A stretch of 64,000 nt of DNA from Candidatus Levybacteria bacterium RIFCSPHIGHO2_01_FULL_36_15b. Its GTDB lineage: Bacteria; Patescibacteriota; Microgenomatia; Levybacterales; UBA12049. Below the pieces are notes generated by a model that was not told where the DNA came from, did no database searches, and worked only from the letters and a program-made list of their open reading frames with translations. The number at the start of each line of letters is the position of its first letter. Position 1 is the stretch's first letter. A program made the translations under genes and the position numbers. Shown here piece after piece: positions 1 through 9,286 of this stretch. Where the stretch lies: assembly GCA_001782045.1 (NCBI GenBank), contig MFNK01000003.1, positions 26,070-90,069 of the forward strand, written 5' to 3'.

Positions 1-270
1 TTAATTAGAATTTCTATTCCGCCGCTTTCCGAAGAAAGAAGAAATGAATTAGTTGCTTTGGTACACCAAAAACTTGAAGGCGGAAAAATTCAGATAAGGC
101 AAGTAAGACACGAAGCAATGGAAGAAGTAAAAAAAGCTTTTGCAAACAAAGAAATTTCCGAAGACGATAAAGACAGACTAGAAAAAGAAGTTCAAAGGCT
201 AACTGATGATACGATTTTGCAAATTGATAATTTAGGTAAGCAAAAAGAAGTAGAGCTAATGGCAATATAA
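1..270 (+). CDS. frr: Ribosome recycling factor (5'-truncated at window edge)
   Basis: Frame open from base 1: LIRISIPPLSEERRNELV...IRQVRHEA...ISED...KEVELM; precedes rseP. Confidence 0.95.
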   Translation, partial: LIRISIPPLSEERRNELVALVHQKLEGGKIQIRQVRHEAMEEVKKAFANKEISEDDKDRLEKEVQRLTDDTILQIDNLGKQKEVELMAI

Positions 271-1391
271 TGATAGTAACAATTTTAGTTTTTTTGGTAA
301 TTCTTTCAATCCTTGTTTTAATCCACGAAGCAGGGCACTTTTTTGTTGCAAGATTTTTCAATATTAAAGTAGAAGAGTTTGGTTTTGGTATTCCGCCAAG
401 GGCATTCGGCAAGAAAATAGGGGAGACACTTTATTCTATTAACTGGCTTCCGATTGGAGGCTTTGTTAAGTTATACGGCGAGGACGAAGCAGGAGCAGGT
501 AAAGTTAGCCTTTCGAGCTCAAAACCAAAACCCGCACCCAAAGATGAAAGTAGGGCTTTTTACAGTAGGCCCGTGTGGCAGAGATTTGCGGTAGTTTTTG
601 CTGGCGTTTTTATGAACTTTGTGCTGGCTGTAGCAATTGTTTCTGTGCTTTTTTCAATTGTCGGAGTTTCAGTTCCGGCAAAACACGTTTTAGTGAGGGA
701 GGTATTGAATGATTCTCCCGCCGAAAAAGCTGGAATTATAGCTGGAGATATAATAGAAAATATAAATGGTGATGAAATTGAAAGTCCGCAAGAAGTTATT
801 TCTTTGACCAAAAAACATCTGGGGGAAGAGATCACTCTACGAATTCAAAACCAAGGTAAAGAACGAATCATAAAAATAACTCCAAGAAAAGTTTATCCCA
901 AAAATCAAGGGCCTTTAGGCGTAGGCATAGAACCTAATTTTGAAACTAAAAAATATCCTATTTGGGAGGCGCCGTTTGTTGGAACAAGAGAAGTTTTAAA
1001 TCAGACCGGTTTAATACTTCAGGGCTTATCAAACACACTTGTGCAGATATTTACACAAGGCAAAATACCAAGCGACGTAGCAGGTCCTGTAGGAATTGCC
1101 CAAATTACCGGAAAAATCGTTTCAATTGGGCCCTCTGCTGTACTTTCTTTTATGGCTTTGCTTTCCCTTAATTTGGCAATAATTAATGTTTTGCCAATTC
1201 CTGCTTTGGATGGGGGAAGACTATTATTTATAGTAATTGAGGGAGTAACGAGAAAGAAAGTTAGTCCAAGAGCAGAAAGTATGGCACATACCATTGGAAT
1301 GGCATTTTTGCTGGGTTTAATTGCCTTAATTACAATTCATGATATATTTCGAGCACTCTCCGGCCAACCTATTCTGCCGCAATTGAAGTAA
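270..1391 (+). CDS. rseP: RIP metalloprotease RseP (M50 with PDZ domain)
   Basis: HEAGH, LPIGGFVKL, PDZ SPAEKAG, NVLPIPALDGG. Confidence 0.95.
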   Translation: MIVTILVFLVILSILVLIHEAGHFFVARFFNIKVEEFGFGIPPRAFGKKIGETLYSINWLPIGGFVKLYGEDEAGAGKVSLSSSKPKPAPKDESRAFYSRPVWQRFAVVFAGVFMNFVLAVAIVSVLFSIVGVSVPAKHVLVREVLNDSPAEKAGIIAGDIIENINGDEIESPQEVISLTKKHLGEEITLRIQNQGKERIIKITPRKVYPKNQGPLGVGIEPNFETKKYPIWEAPFVGTREVLNQTGLILQGLSNTLVQIFTQGKIPSDVAGPVGIAQITGKIVSIGPSAVLSFMALLSLNLAIINVLPIPALDGGRLLFIVIEGVTRKKVSPRAESMAHTIGMAFLLGLIALITIHDIFRALSGQPILPQLK

Positions 1392-2897
1392 TTACTTTTT
1401 AAATCTTACTCTATTTTGAAGTATGCGTCCACACCTTTCTAAAAGTGTATCTACCAATGCAAAATAGTCATGAACACTTCCTTCGTTTATTGATTTTCTT
1501 GCTGCATAAATAGTGGCGGTTTCAGTATTGTATACACGTATTGCATCATCTCCTAATTTTTTAGCCGTTTGGTATAGAGGATGCTCCGCATTTATTTTTA
1601 AGATAAGTTTTCCTTTTTCCTCAACATATTCAGCTCTTTTATCTGTAACTCCCATTGAAACAATTTCGTAATCATCAGCTGATCCCCATCTTTTTGTTTT
1701 TCCTTCCGCAGTCAATTTTGGAGCGGTTTCCCCCTCAGTTGACTTATGAGTTTTTCCGGTTTTGGGGTGATCAGTAATTATTTCTCCCGTTGGTTTCTCT
1801 CTTCCGCTGGCAGAGCCTTTGCCTCTGAAATCAGGTTTTACTATTGCTTGCGTTTCTGCTAATACAGAATCAAGAATTTTTTTTGCTTCTTTGGCCAAAT
1901 CTTGTTCCCATCTTTCAATTTTTGTACTTTCGCTTCTCATAGTTGCGAGCCTTTCAACAATAGGTGTAAGCTTGTTATGTATTGCTCTTGAAGCCATTTC
2001 CCATTGAACGCTGCTTTTATCAAAATCCGATTTATTTGTAGTAACCGGAACAAAATCCAAATCCGCCTCTCCAAAAAGTCTTGAGCTGCTAGACATCTGA
2101 GCCGGGGTGCGGTGACCAAAAAACTCTTCTTCCTCAATTAATCTGCCATTGTAATAGCATCTTATACCCGGCTTTACTTTTTGCCCTTCAGCAAGGATTC
2201 CTGCTCTTAAAACAAGCCAATCGCCAAATCTTGTCTGCAATTTCTCACCAATTGGAGAAATTCCTTCTTCTTCGATGTATTTTATCTCTGCCGGTTCTAC
2301 TTCAATACCATTTACAGATATTTTAATATCACCACTCAATATTAATGGTCTATATGTTTCTGCAAGTTTTGCAATTAAGGCTCTTGCGCTTATATCCTTT
2401 TTTAAATTAGTAATTCTAACTTTAAAATATCCGTCCTCTGAAAAAGCTGTTTTCTCTTCTGGCGTATATTGTTTTAATTCTCCTTGTCTTGTTTCCCAAG
2501 TCGTGTCTGAAACTTTATATTCTGTATTAGAATTTGCTGCAGAGCAGGTAATTTCCATACCTCTTCCTAAAAATCCCATTGCCGCTTTTCCTCCTACTCC
2601 AAATTTTCCAATTTTTCCTTCAGTTTTATCAGAATGTCCCCAGACAAAATAATTATTTAACCCTTCAAAATCCAATCCATAACCGCCTTGATTGATAATT
2701 GAAAGCTCGTCTTTTTGTATTCTAACTCTAACCGATAAAGGTTTCCCTTCAATTCTGTTATCAACAGCGTTGTCAACAAGATCTAGTACCGCAACTTGAG
2801 CATCGCGATAAGTAGACATAAGAGCATCAATAGCCCTTGGGTCTATTCTTTCTTTTATAATTTTCTGTCCTTGGCTTGATCTTCTTTCGAGGCTCAT
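1392..2897 (-). CDS. GHKL-family (HATPase_c_3 / MORC-like) ATP-binding protein
   Basis: DLVDNAVD N-box, NQGGYG, GKFGVGGK, later S5-like region and INAEHPLY motif. Confidence 0.8.
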   Translation of the reverse strand: MSLERRSSQGQKIIKERIDPRAIDALMSTYRDAQVAVLDLVDNAVDNRIEGKPLSVRVRIQKDELSIINQGGYGLDFEGLNNYFVWGHSDKTEGKIGKFGVGGKAAMGFLGRGMEITCSAANSNTEYKVSDTTWETRQGELKQYTPEEKTAFSEDGYFKVRITNLKKDISARALIAKLAETYRPLILSGDIKISVNGIEVEPAEIKYIEEEGISPIGEKLQTRFGDWLVLRAGILAEGQKVKPGIRCYYNGRLIEEEEFFGHRTPAQMSSSSRLFGEADLDFVPVTTNKSDFDKSSVQWEMASRAIHNKLTPIVERLATMRSESTKIERWEQDLAKEAKKILDSVLAETQAIVKPDFRGKGSASGREKPTGEIITDHPKTGKTHKSTEGETAPKLTAEGKTKRWGSADDYEIVSMGVTDKRAEYVEEKGKLILKINAEHPLYQTAKKLGDDAIRVYNTETATIYAARKSINEGSVHDYFALVDTLLERCGRILQNRVRFKK

Positions 2898-2898
2898 A

Positions 2899-4752
2899 TT
2901 AATTAAGATTTATCCATGCTGGCACATGTCCTTCAGCGTCTCTTACTATTGCAACAAAAGCTTTCTCGGCGGCATCTAGCTTTCTGTTTACTACCTTTAC
3001 ATATTCAGCAAAATCCGAATCAGCAATTCTTGCTGCATGTCTTTCTACTTTTTCCCAAGTTTTTGTTTCATCTTCTGTCCATTTTTCTCTTAGACTTGGG
3101 ACAAGTGCTTCTTCCCGCATTTTTTTTATTCCTACTGCGAATAAGCTTTTTAAATCTTTCACCTGATAAGGTCTGTATTGTTTTTTTCCATGTCTAAGAG
3201 TTCTTACTCTTGATTCGGTCCTTAGAGGTCTTTGAAGCAAAGCAAAATCTATCTTTTCACTTTTTAAAAGCTGATCAATTACGCATCGAATGACTTTTGT
3301 CTCTTCTTCGCTTCTTATTTCGTCTTCGGATGGAACATATGGAGTTTCTCGCAAGGGTACTCTTGCGGCATCTGCTGTTCTTGTAGATCTTTTCAAAGTT
3401 TCTTCATTAGCGCTTTGCAATGTTTCTCCAACTTCAGTTCTTTCTAAAGTTCTAAATTCGTAGGAAGCAGGAATTGCATTTTTCATGTGAGACTCTTTAA
3501 GAGAAACAGTATTTATTAACTGAGCTCCTTGTTCAGACAGTTGTTTATTTATAGAAAATAGTATAGGAGCTATCCTGTTAATAGCTACTTTAATTTCAAT
3601 ACCTGGGTAGGTGAGTTCAGCTAGCTCTGGTTTTGTTTTGAATCCCTCGAGCATATAGCCAAGTACTTCTATGTTTTTTCCACCTGAAATTTTTATTTGT
3701 CTCCCTAGAATTGTAAAGTCTTTTGTTTCTTTAGGTTTAAGTTCTCTTTTTAGGTGTTTTTCGATAGTTTTGGTTTTAGATTTTTTTTCAGCTAATATTG
3801 CCTCGTCCAGTCTTTCAGGTGGAACTTGTTTTATTGTTATTCCGCTTTTTTTTTCTTGCGAGGCAATTGATTTCAAAACGTATGCTCCGTCTCCACGTTT
3901 GCCTTTGTTAAGGTTAATTATATGCAGTTTTTCAGGTTCTAAAATTTCATTAATTTCTGAAATTGCCGCTTGAACATTTTTTGCTCCAGAATATTCTCTT
4001 AGCTCTTTTCCAGAAGCTTCTCCTTGGCTGAGCTTTTCAAGAATTTTAAATCTTATTTTCGTAAATTTGATTTCTTTACCTGTAAAAAGAATATAAGTTT
4101 CGGTCGGTCTTTTATCTTGTTTTATTGATTCAACTGGTTTTTTTGGATTGATTTTATATACAGATTCTCCTTCTATTACAATTCGACTTATTTCATGTTG
4201 GTTTTCTTTGGCTAATTGTCTGGCTCTTGAAAGCACATGTTTTGTAAACCCATCTCGATTTTCTGGGGTATCTTCACCGAAAGCCCCTTTAGTTAAATAA
4301 GAAATAGTTCTTCTTCTTTTTATCAATTGCTCAATCACTTTAGCGTGTTTGCTTTTGTTAACAGTAGCTTCCATACCGTTTCGAAAATGGAGTGTTAGTT
4401 TTTCTCTATGTTTTTCCGGTTTTGCGGGTGTTTGTTCTTTGACTACTTCATGAAGCTCCGGAACAGATACTTCTATTTGCTGTTGGGTAGGAAGTGGTCC
4501 GGAAATCAACTCTTCGAAATTTATTAGCGAAAGCGTTTGGGTTGCGATTTCTTCAATTCTTCCATTATCCAGTGCAATTTTTGCGTCGTTTCCAATTATT
4601 TTGTTTGCTAAATTAAGTTTTTCAACGCTGGAAGTAGCTTGATGAGCTTTTTCAACCAAAACACTTCTAACTCTTGTTCTTACTTCGACAAAGCTACCAA
4701 GTCTTTTGATGTTTCTTTCCGATTCTTGTATCTGTTGTTTTCTTTCAATCAT
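2899..4752 (-). CDS. Hypothetical 617-aa protein with three putative tandem winged-helix modules
   Basis: Long basic ORF; three similar ~80-90 aa modules at approximately aa 117-200, 217-293 and 344-433. Confidence 0.7.
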   Translation of the reverse strand: MIERKQQIQESERNIKRLGSFVEVRTRVRSVLVEKAHQATSSVEKLNLANKIIGNDAKIALDNGRIEEIATQTLSLINFEELISGPLPTQQQIEVSVPELHEVVKEQTPAKPEKHREKLTLHFRNGMEATVNKSKHAKVIEQLIKRRRTISYLTKGAFGEDTPENRDGFTKHVLSRARQLAKENQHEISRIVIEGESVYKINPKKPVESIKQDKRPTETYILFTGKEIKFTKIRFKILEKLSQGEASGKELREYSGAKNVQAAISEINEILEPEKLHIINLNKGKRGDGAYVLKSIASQEKKSGITIKQVPPERLDEAILAEKKSKTKTIEKHLKRELKPKETKDFTILGRQIKISGGKNIEVLGYMLEGFKTKPELAELTYPGIEIKVAINRIAPILFSINKQLSEQGAQLINTVSLKESHMKNAIPASYEFRTLERTEVGETLQSANEETLKRSTRTADAARVPLRETPYVPSEDEIRSEEETKVIRCVIDQLLKSEKIDFALLQRPLRTESRVRTLRHGKKQYRPYQVKDLKSLFAVGIKKMREEALVPSLREKWTEDETKTWEKVERHAARIADSDFAEYVKVVNRKLDAAEKAFVAIVRDAEGHVPAWINLN

Positions 4753-4789
4753 GGTTTTATTTTAATTAAATTATTGAAATTTTCTTTAC

Positions 4790-4861
4790 ATTAAGTTTAT
4801 AAAAACTTAATAAATGGGGCAGCGAGTAGGAATTATATTATAGTCAGTTGGCAATTGTCAA
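4790..4861 (-). promoter_or_regulatory. sigma70 promoter and leader palindrome of the wHTH/GHKL operon
   Basis: TTGACA (4861-4856), 18 bp, TATAAT (4837-4832); inverted repeat ATTAAGTTT-ATAA-AAACTTAAT at 4790-4811. Confidence 0.6.
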
Positions 4862-4882
4862 CTATAGGGCGTAGTAAAATAC

Positions 4883-6169
4883 TTATTTGAGGATTCGTTG
4901 CAGTGCTACAAGATATGATGCTTCGGGAAGATTTGTATTTTCCCTCTCTGCTGTTTTCCAAACGTTTTCAAAAGCGCTAAACATTAATTTTTCTAATCTT
5001 TTTAAAACATCGTCCTTTTTGTAAGTTTTATTTTTTAAGTTTTGTTCCCATTCAATATAGCTTCCGGCTACTCCGCCCGAATTAGCTAATATATCAGGAG
5101 TTATAAACACGCCCTTTTTAATAAGATAGTGCTTGGCTTTAGGCGTTACAGGACCATTTGCCATCTCAACAATTATTTTTGCTTTAATATTTTGCATATT
5201 GTTTTCTGTAATAACATTCTCAAGAGCTGCAGGAACCAAAATATCAACGGGAAGCTGCAAAAGTTCTTCGTTTGTTATTAGTTGTCCACCTCTTGTATCG
5301 CAAACACCTCCGGCACAGTAGCATCCGTTTAAGCTGCCTTTTTCCATTTTGCACTCATAAACAAGAGGAATATCAAGCGGAATAAAATTTCCCTTCGAAT
5401 CTCTTTTTATAATCCCGCCTTTTGAATCTGACACCGCAACTACTTTAAAGCCAGCCTTGGATGCAAAATCCGCAAAATAGTATCCGACATTTCCAAACCC
5501 CATAATGGCAACAGTCGTATTTTCAGGCTTTAGTTTTAGTTTTTCGGAGAGTTTTTTTAAAATCGCAACTCCGCCAAAGCCGGTTGCTTCGGTTCGGCCG
5601 GAAAGTCCTAATTTTTTCTTTCCCGTAAAAGTTGCATATAACTCATTTTTTGAGATTTGAGATTTATTTTTTAATTTTTGATTTATTTTTACGTATTCAT
5701 CTACCATCCAGTCTATAATTTTAGGATTTGTATTAACATCGGGGGCGGGGATATCTTTTTGGGGACCCAGTATTTCGTAAACCCGTCTTACATATTCGCG
5801 AGATAAGTTTTCCAGTTCTTTTTCGGAAAGTTGTTTTGGATCAACCGCAATTCCGCCTTTTGCTCCACCAAAAGGCACTCCGACTACTGCTGTTTTTAAG
5901 CTCATCCACAACGAAAGCGCCATAACTTCATCTTTATTTACGTTTGGATGAAAACGGAGGCCGCCTTTGTAAGGGCCAAGATTATTGTTGTGCTGGCTTC
6001 GAAATCCTTTAAATGTAATTGTTTCGTCATCAATTTTAATGGGGATTTTGATTTCTAAAATTTTATCGGGTTCTAAAAATTCTTCCAGTTTTTCTTCTGA
6101 GATATTATATTTTTCTCCGACTTCGAAAACTTCCTGCCTTGATTTTTGGTAAATGCTGTTTTCGTTCAT
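4883..6169 (-). CDS. gdhA: Glu/Leu/Phe/Val dehydrogenase (glutamate dehydrogenase)
   Basis: GPYKGGLRFHP, GGAKGG, PAPDVNT, GFGNVG, EMANGP. Confidence 0.92.
   Translation of the reverse strand: MNENSIYQKSRQEVFEVGEKYNISEEKLEEFLEPDKILEIKIPIKIDDETITFKGFRSQHNNNLGPYKGGLRFHPNVNKDEVMALSLWMSLKTAVVGVPFGGAKGGIAVDPKQLSEKELENLSREYVRRVYEILGPQKDIPAPDVNTNPKIIDWMVDEYVKINQKLKNKSQISKNELYATFTGKKKLGLSGRTEATGFGGVAILKKLSEKLKLKPENTTVAIMGFGNVGYYFADFASKAGFKVVAVSDSKGGIIKRDSKGNFIPLDIPLVYECKMEKGSLNGCYCAGGVCDTRGGQLITNEELLQLPVDILVPAALENVITENNMQNIKAKIIVEMANGPVTPKAKHYLIKKGVFITPDILANSGGVAGSYIEWEQNLKNKTYKKDDVLKRLEKLMFSAFENVWKTAERENTNLPEASYLVALQRILK
5646..5690 (-). repeat. Degenerate 7-bp tandem repeat, in frame within gdhA
   Basis: AAATCTC-type units encoding KINQKLKNKSQISKN. 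Confidence 0.6.
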
Positions 6170-6232
6170 TAGTTATACAAAAATAATTTATACTCTTTGA
6201 AAATTATTCTGTCAATGGATATAATTACTTTT

Positions 6233-6595
6233 ATGGAAAATGTAACGCTTGATGATTTTAAAAAGGTTGAAATTAAAATTGGTAAAGTAGTACATTGCGA
6301 AAAAGTAGCAGATGCGGATAAGCTTTTAAAGCTGCAAGTTGATTTTGGCGACTTTCAAAGACAAATCATTTCAGCTATCGCCGAGTGGTACAAACCGGAG
6401 GATTTAGAAGGAAAAAAACTTCCTTTTATAGTAAATTTGGAGCCAAGAAACTTTAGGGGAGAAGAATCTCAGGGAATGCTGGTTGCAATGGACACGGAAG
6501 ACCTGCCTCCTGCCAGCGCAGGCTGGGCGCAGCCAGGAAAACCAGTTCTTCTTATCCCCGCCGAAGACGTAAAAGAGGGAACTTTAGTTGTTTAA
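6233..6595 (+). CDS. tRNA-binding OB-fold protein (MetRS C-terminal / CsaA / Trbp111-like)
   Basis: DDFKKVEIKIGKV, ADKLLKLQVDFG, NLEPR, SQGM; TATAAT ends 7 nt upstream of ATG 6233. Confidence 0.88.
   Translation: MENVTLDDFKKVEIKIGKVVHCEKVADADKLLKLQVDFGDFQRQIISAIAEWYKPEDLEGKKLPFIVNLEPRNFRGEESQGMLVAMDTEDLPPASAGWAQPGKPVLLIPAEDVKEGTLVV
6502..6537. repeat. GC-rich palindromic insertion within the CDS
   Basis: CCTGCCTCCTGCCAGCGCAGGCTGGGCGCAGCCAGG, encodes LPPASAGWAQP. Confidence 0.55.
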
Positions 6596-6966
6596 AGATT
6601 ATTGTTGACGAAGCAACTTTTATGAAAATGCTGCTCGGCCAAAATACCATTAGTTTTAAGCCAGACATGATATCCTTTTCTTTGTTTATCTACTTTATCT
6701 ATATCTAATGTTTTACTGCACGCGTCGCATGTAAAAGCTTTGAATTCTGTTTTGGATAAATTACTATTTGTTTGGGATCTGAATAGGTTTTCACACGTTT
6801 TACATAAATGAACCTGAAGCTTGTAACCAGCTGTATCGACTAAGTGATGCCATGCCTCATTTATATTTTTTTGACAATTTCCACACCTAAATCCTCGATA
6901 CTCAGGAAGCTCGTTAGGTTGCCATGTCTCAACAATTGCTAAAAGTTTTTGTTGTGTACTGTCCAT
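6592..6966 (-). CDS. Small protein with duplicated Cys/His zinc-finger motifs
   Basis: FRCGNC..WHH..HLCKTC and FTCDAC..YHVW..HFHKSC. Confidence 0.7.
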   Translation of the reverse strand: MDSTQQKLLAIVETWQPNELPEYRGFRCGNCQKNINEAWHHLVDTAGYKLQVHLCKTCENLFRSQTNSNLSKTEFKAFTCDACSKTLDIDKVDKQRKGYHVWLKTNGILAEQHFHKSCFVNNNL

Positions 6967-7010
6967 TATCCAATTCTAGCAAATTAGAAAAATATGTTAT
7001 ACTCAAAAAA

Positions 7011-8243
7011 ATGAGGTACAGTCAACTTTTTCCAAAAACGCAAAAAGAAGCACCCAGGGGGGCAGAGGCGGAAAATCACAAACTTTTAGTACGAGCGGGT
7101 TTTATAGACCAGCTTATGGCAGGAAGTTTTACTCTTTTACCACTTGGTTTTAGAGTTGTTGAAAAAATAAAACAAATAATCCGCGAAGAATTAAACACAA
7201 CGGGTGCGCAAGAAATGCTAATGCCTTTAATGCATCCTAGAGAAATTTGGAACGAAACAGGAAGATGGGAAAGCGCCAAAGAAGTAATGTATCAGTTTAA
7301 AAAGGATAATAAGGAATTTGCTCTGTCTTTTACACATGAGGAAATAATTGTTGACTTAATAAGAAAGCACAATATAAAACTTTCGGATTTTCCACTTAAG
7401 CTTTACCACTTTTCAACAAAATTTAGGCACGAATTACGAGCCAAAAGCGGAATTTTGCGCGGCAGAGAATTTTTAATGAAGGATTTATACAGCGCTCATC
7501 TAACAGAGGATGATATGTATAAATATTACAACGACGTAACTTCCGCTTATTTAAAAATATTTAAAAGAATTGGACTTGATGTTAAGGTTGTAGAAGCATC
7601 AGGTGGGGTATTTACAGATAAAAACAGCCACGAATTTCAAGTTTTATCAAGCGTTGGAGAAGATACCATTTTTTACTGTGACACTTGTGACTTTGCTCAA
7701 AACGATGAGATAGCAAAAGTTAAAGTAGGAGACAAATGCCCAAACTGCGATGGAAAAATCTTGACTTCAAAAGCAATTGAAGTTGGAAATATTTTTCCGC
7801 TTGGAACAAAATACAGCGAAAAAATGGGAGCTTTATATACAGACGAAAAAGGAAATCAAATGCCAGTCTGGCTTGCAAGCTATGGCATAGGGCCAACTAG
7901 GACCTTAGGAACTTTAGTTGAAGTATACAATGATGAAAAGGGAATAATTTGGCCAAAAAGCGTTTCTCCATTTGAAGTTCATCTGGTTCATATAGAAGAT
8001 CCCTCTACAGAAGAAACAGCAGAAAAAGTTTATAACACGCTTGTTGAGAATAAGGTTGATGTTTTATGGGATGATAGAAAAGACGCAAGCGCAGGAGAAA
8101 AATTTGCAACCGCGGACTTAATTGGAATTCCAATAAGGTTGGTTGTTTCTAAAAGAACAGAAGGTAAAATAGAATTTAAGACAAGAAATTCTGAAAAAGA
8201 AGAACTGCTTAGTTTAGAAGAAGTTTTAGAAAAATTAAAATAA
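7011..8243 (+). CDS. proS: Prolyl-tRNA synthetase (short form without editing domain)
   Basis: LLVRAGFI, FRHELR..G..R.REFLMKD, IEVGNIF.LG; start refined to ATG 7011. Confidence 0.95.
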   Translation: MRYSQLFPKTQKEAPRGAEAENHKLLVRAGFIDQLMAGSFTLLPLGFRVVEKIKQIIREELNTTGAQEMLMPLMHPREIWNETGRWESAKEVMYQFKKDNKEFALSFTHEEIIVDLIRKHNIKLSDFPLKLYHFSTKFRHELRAKSGILRGREFLMKDLYSAHLTEDDMYKYYNDVTSAYLKIFKRIGLDVKVVEASGGVFTDKNSHEFQVLSSVGEDTIFYCDTCDFAQNDEIAKVKVGDKCPNCDGKILTSKAIEVGNIFPLGTKYSEKMGALYTDEKGNQMPVWLASYGIGPTRTLGTLVEVYNDEKGIIWPKSVSPFEVHLVHIEDPSTEETAEKVYNTLVENKVDVLWDDRKDASAGEKFATADLIGIPIRLVVSKRTEGKIEFKTRNSEKEELLSLEEVLEKLK

Positions 8244-8651
8244 GCCAAATACTTTAGCCCAAATTATTGCATAAGCCGCAAAAAAGATAGTTCCCCCAAG
8301 CAAGAATACAATAGCCATAAAGCTGTGCCCTTTAGGCTTTTGCATACTTTGCATGTTGCCGTCTGTTTGCGTATAAATTGTAGGAGGAGGTTGTGGTGTT
8401 TGAACAAACGGATTTTGGGTAGGAAGGGGAGAAGGAGTCGGATTTGCGGGTTGGGGCGGTTGCACGGGAATACTTTGAATAGCGGGCTGCTGTTCCTCTG
8501 CCGGTTGAGTTTGCATAACGGGTTGATTTTGTGACTGCTGTGGTTGAGGTTGCGTTGCAGCTGTAGCTTGTGGGTTAAAATTAGTTCCCATAACCCTATC
8601 GTATGCTTCTTTGAGTTTTGGGTCTAAATCATTTACATTTTTTGGATTCAT
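8235..8651 (-). CDS. Pro/Gln-rich hypothetical protein with C-terminal transmembrane helix
   Basis: Low-complexity linker and hydrophobic C-terminus. Confidence 0.7.
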   Translation of the reverse strand: MNPKNVNDLDPKLKEAYDRVMGTNFNPQATAATQPQPQQSQNQPVMQTQPAEEQQPAIQSIPVQPPQPANPTPSPLPTQNPFVQTPQPPPTIYTQTDGNMQSMQKPKGHSFMAIVFLLGGTIFFAAYAIIWAKVFGLF

Positions 8652-8655
8652 GCAA

Positions 8656-8676
8656 TTGTCCTGAGCCCGTCGAAGG
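8656..8676. repeat. REP-like small hairpin repeat (TTCGAC..GCTCA family)
   Basis: Reverse complement CCTTCGACGGGCTCAGGACAA. Confidence 0.6.
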
Positions 8677-8720
8677 GGGCAGTAATTAATTATATCTGTT
8701 TTGGGGGAATATTTGTCAAG

Positions 8721-9203
8721 CTATCTATCTTCAAGCTGCGGATCTAATCCTTTAAAACCATTTTCATCGGTGGCTAGTTTAAAAACTAAAAAGTGAAGAT
8801 GAGGTTCGGTCATCCATCCCGAATTTCCAGTTACAGCTAGTTGCTGACCAGCTTTGACGAAATCTCCCTTTTTTACTTTTATAGATCCCTTGGCAAGATG
8901 AACCATTTGAGAAAATTCATCATTTTGATGGCCAATTGTTATGTAATTTGCGTCGTCTTTGAATTCTTCGGTAGGACCAAATCTGCTATGGCTATCGTCG
9001 GTATCCCTTACTATTCCGTCTAAAGGTGCAATAACCGGCGTACCTAATTTCATGGCATAATCAATTGCTCCTCGAAATGGCCCGACGTGAGCTGGTCCTT
9101 CTGTTTCCACCAAAGTTACGACAGTTTCCCTAGGAAAGGGTTTCTGATATTTGTTTTTGGTCTTTTCCAATGGTGGCAGTTCATTTTCCCTATGTTCTGA
9201 CAT
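8721..9203 (-). CDS. M23 family metallopeptidase
   Basis: H..AIDY, GTPVIAP.DG, TGNSG..TEPHLHF. Confidence 0.88.
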   Translation of the reverse strand: MSEHRENELPPLEKTKNKYQKPFPRETVVTLVETEGPAHVGPFRGAIDYAMKLGTPVIAPLDGIVRDTDDSHSRFGPTEEFKDDANYITIGHQNDEFSQMVHLAKGSIKVKKGDFVKAGQQLAVTGNSGWMTEPHLHFLVFKLATDENGFKGLDPQLEDR

Positions 9204-9263
9204 ACGCTAATTATACCAAACCCTTTAATTATCAGCTCAAAAAAGGTATACTTAAAGACCGAA

Positions 9264-9283
9264 CTTGTAGTGAGTTTATCGAA
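9264..9283. repeat. REP-like small repeat
   Basis: Reverse complement TTCGATAAACTCACTACAAG, similar to TTCGACAAGCTCAGTACAAG at 30435. Confidence 0.55.
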
Positions 9284-9286
9284 TCT

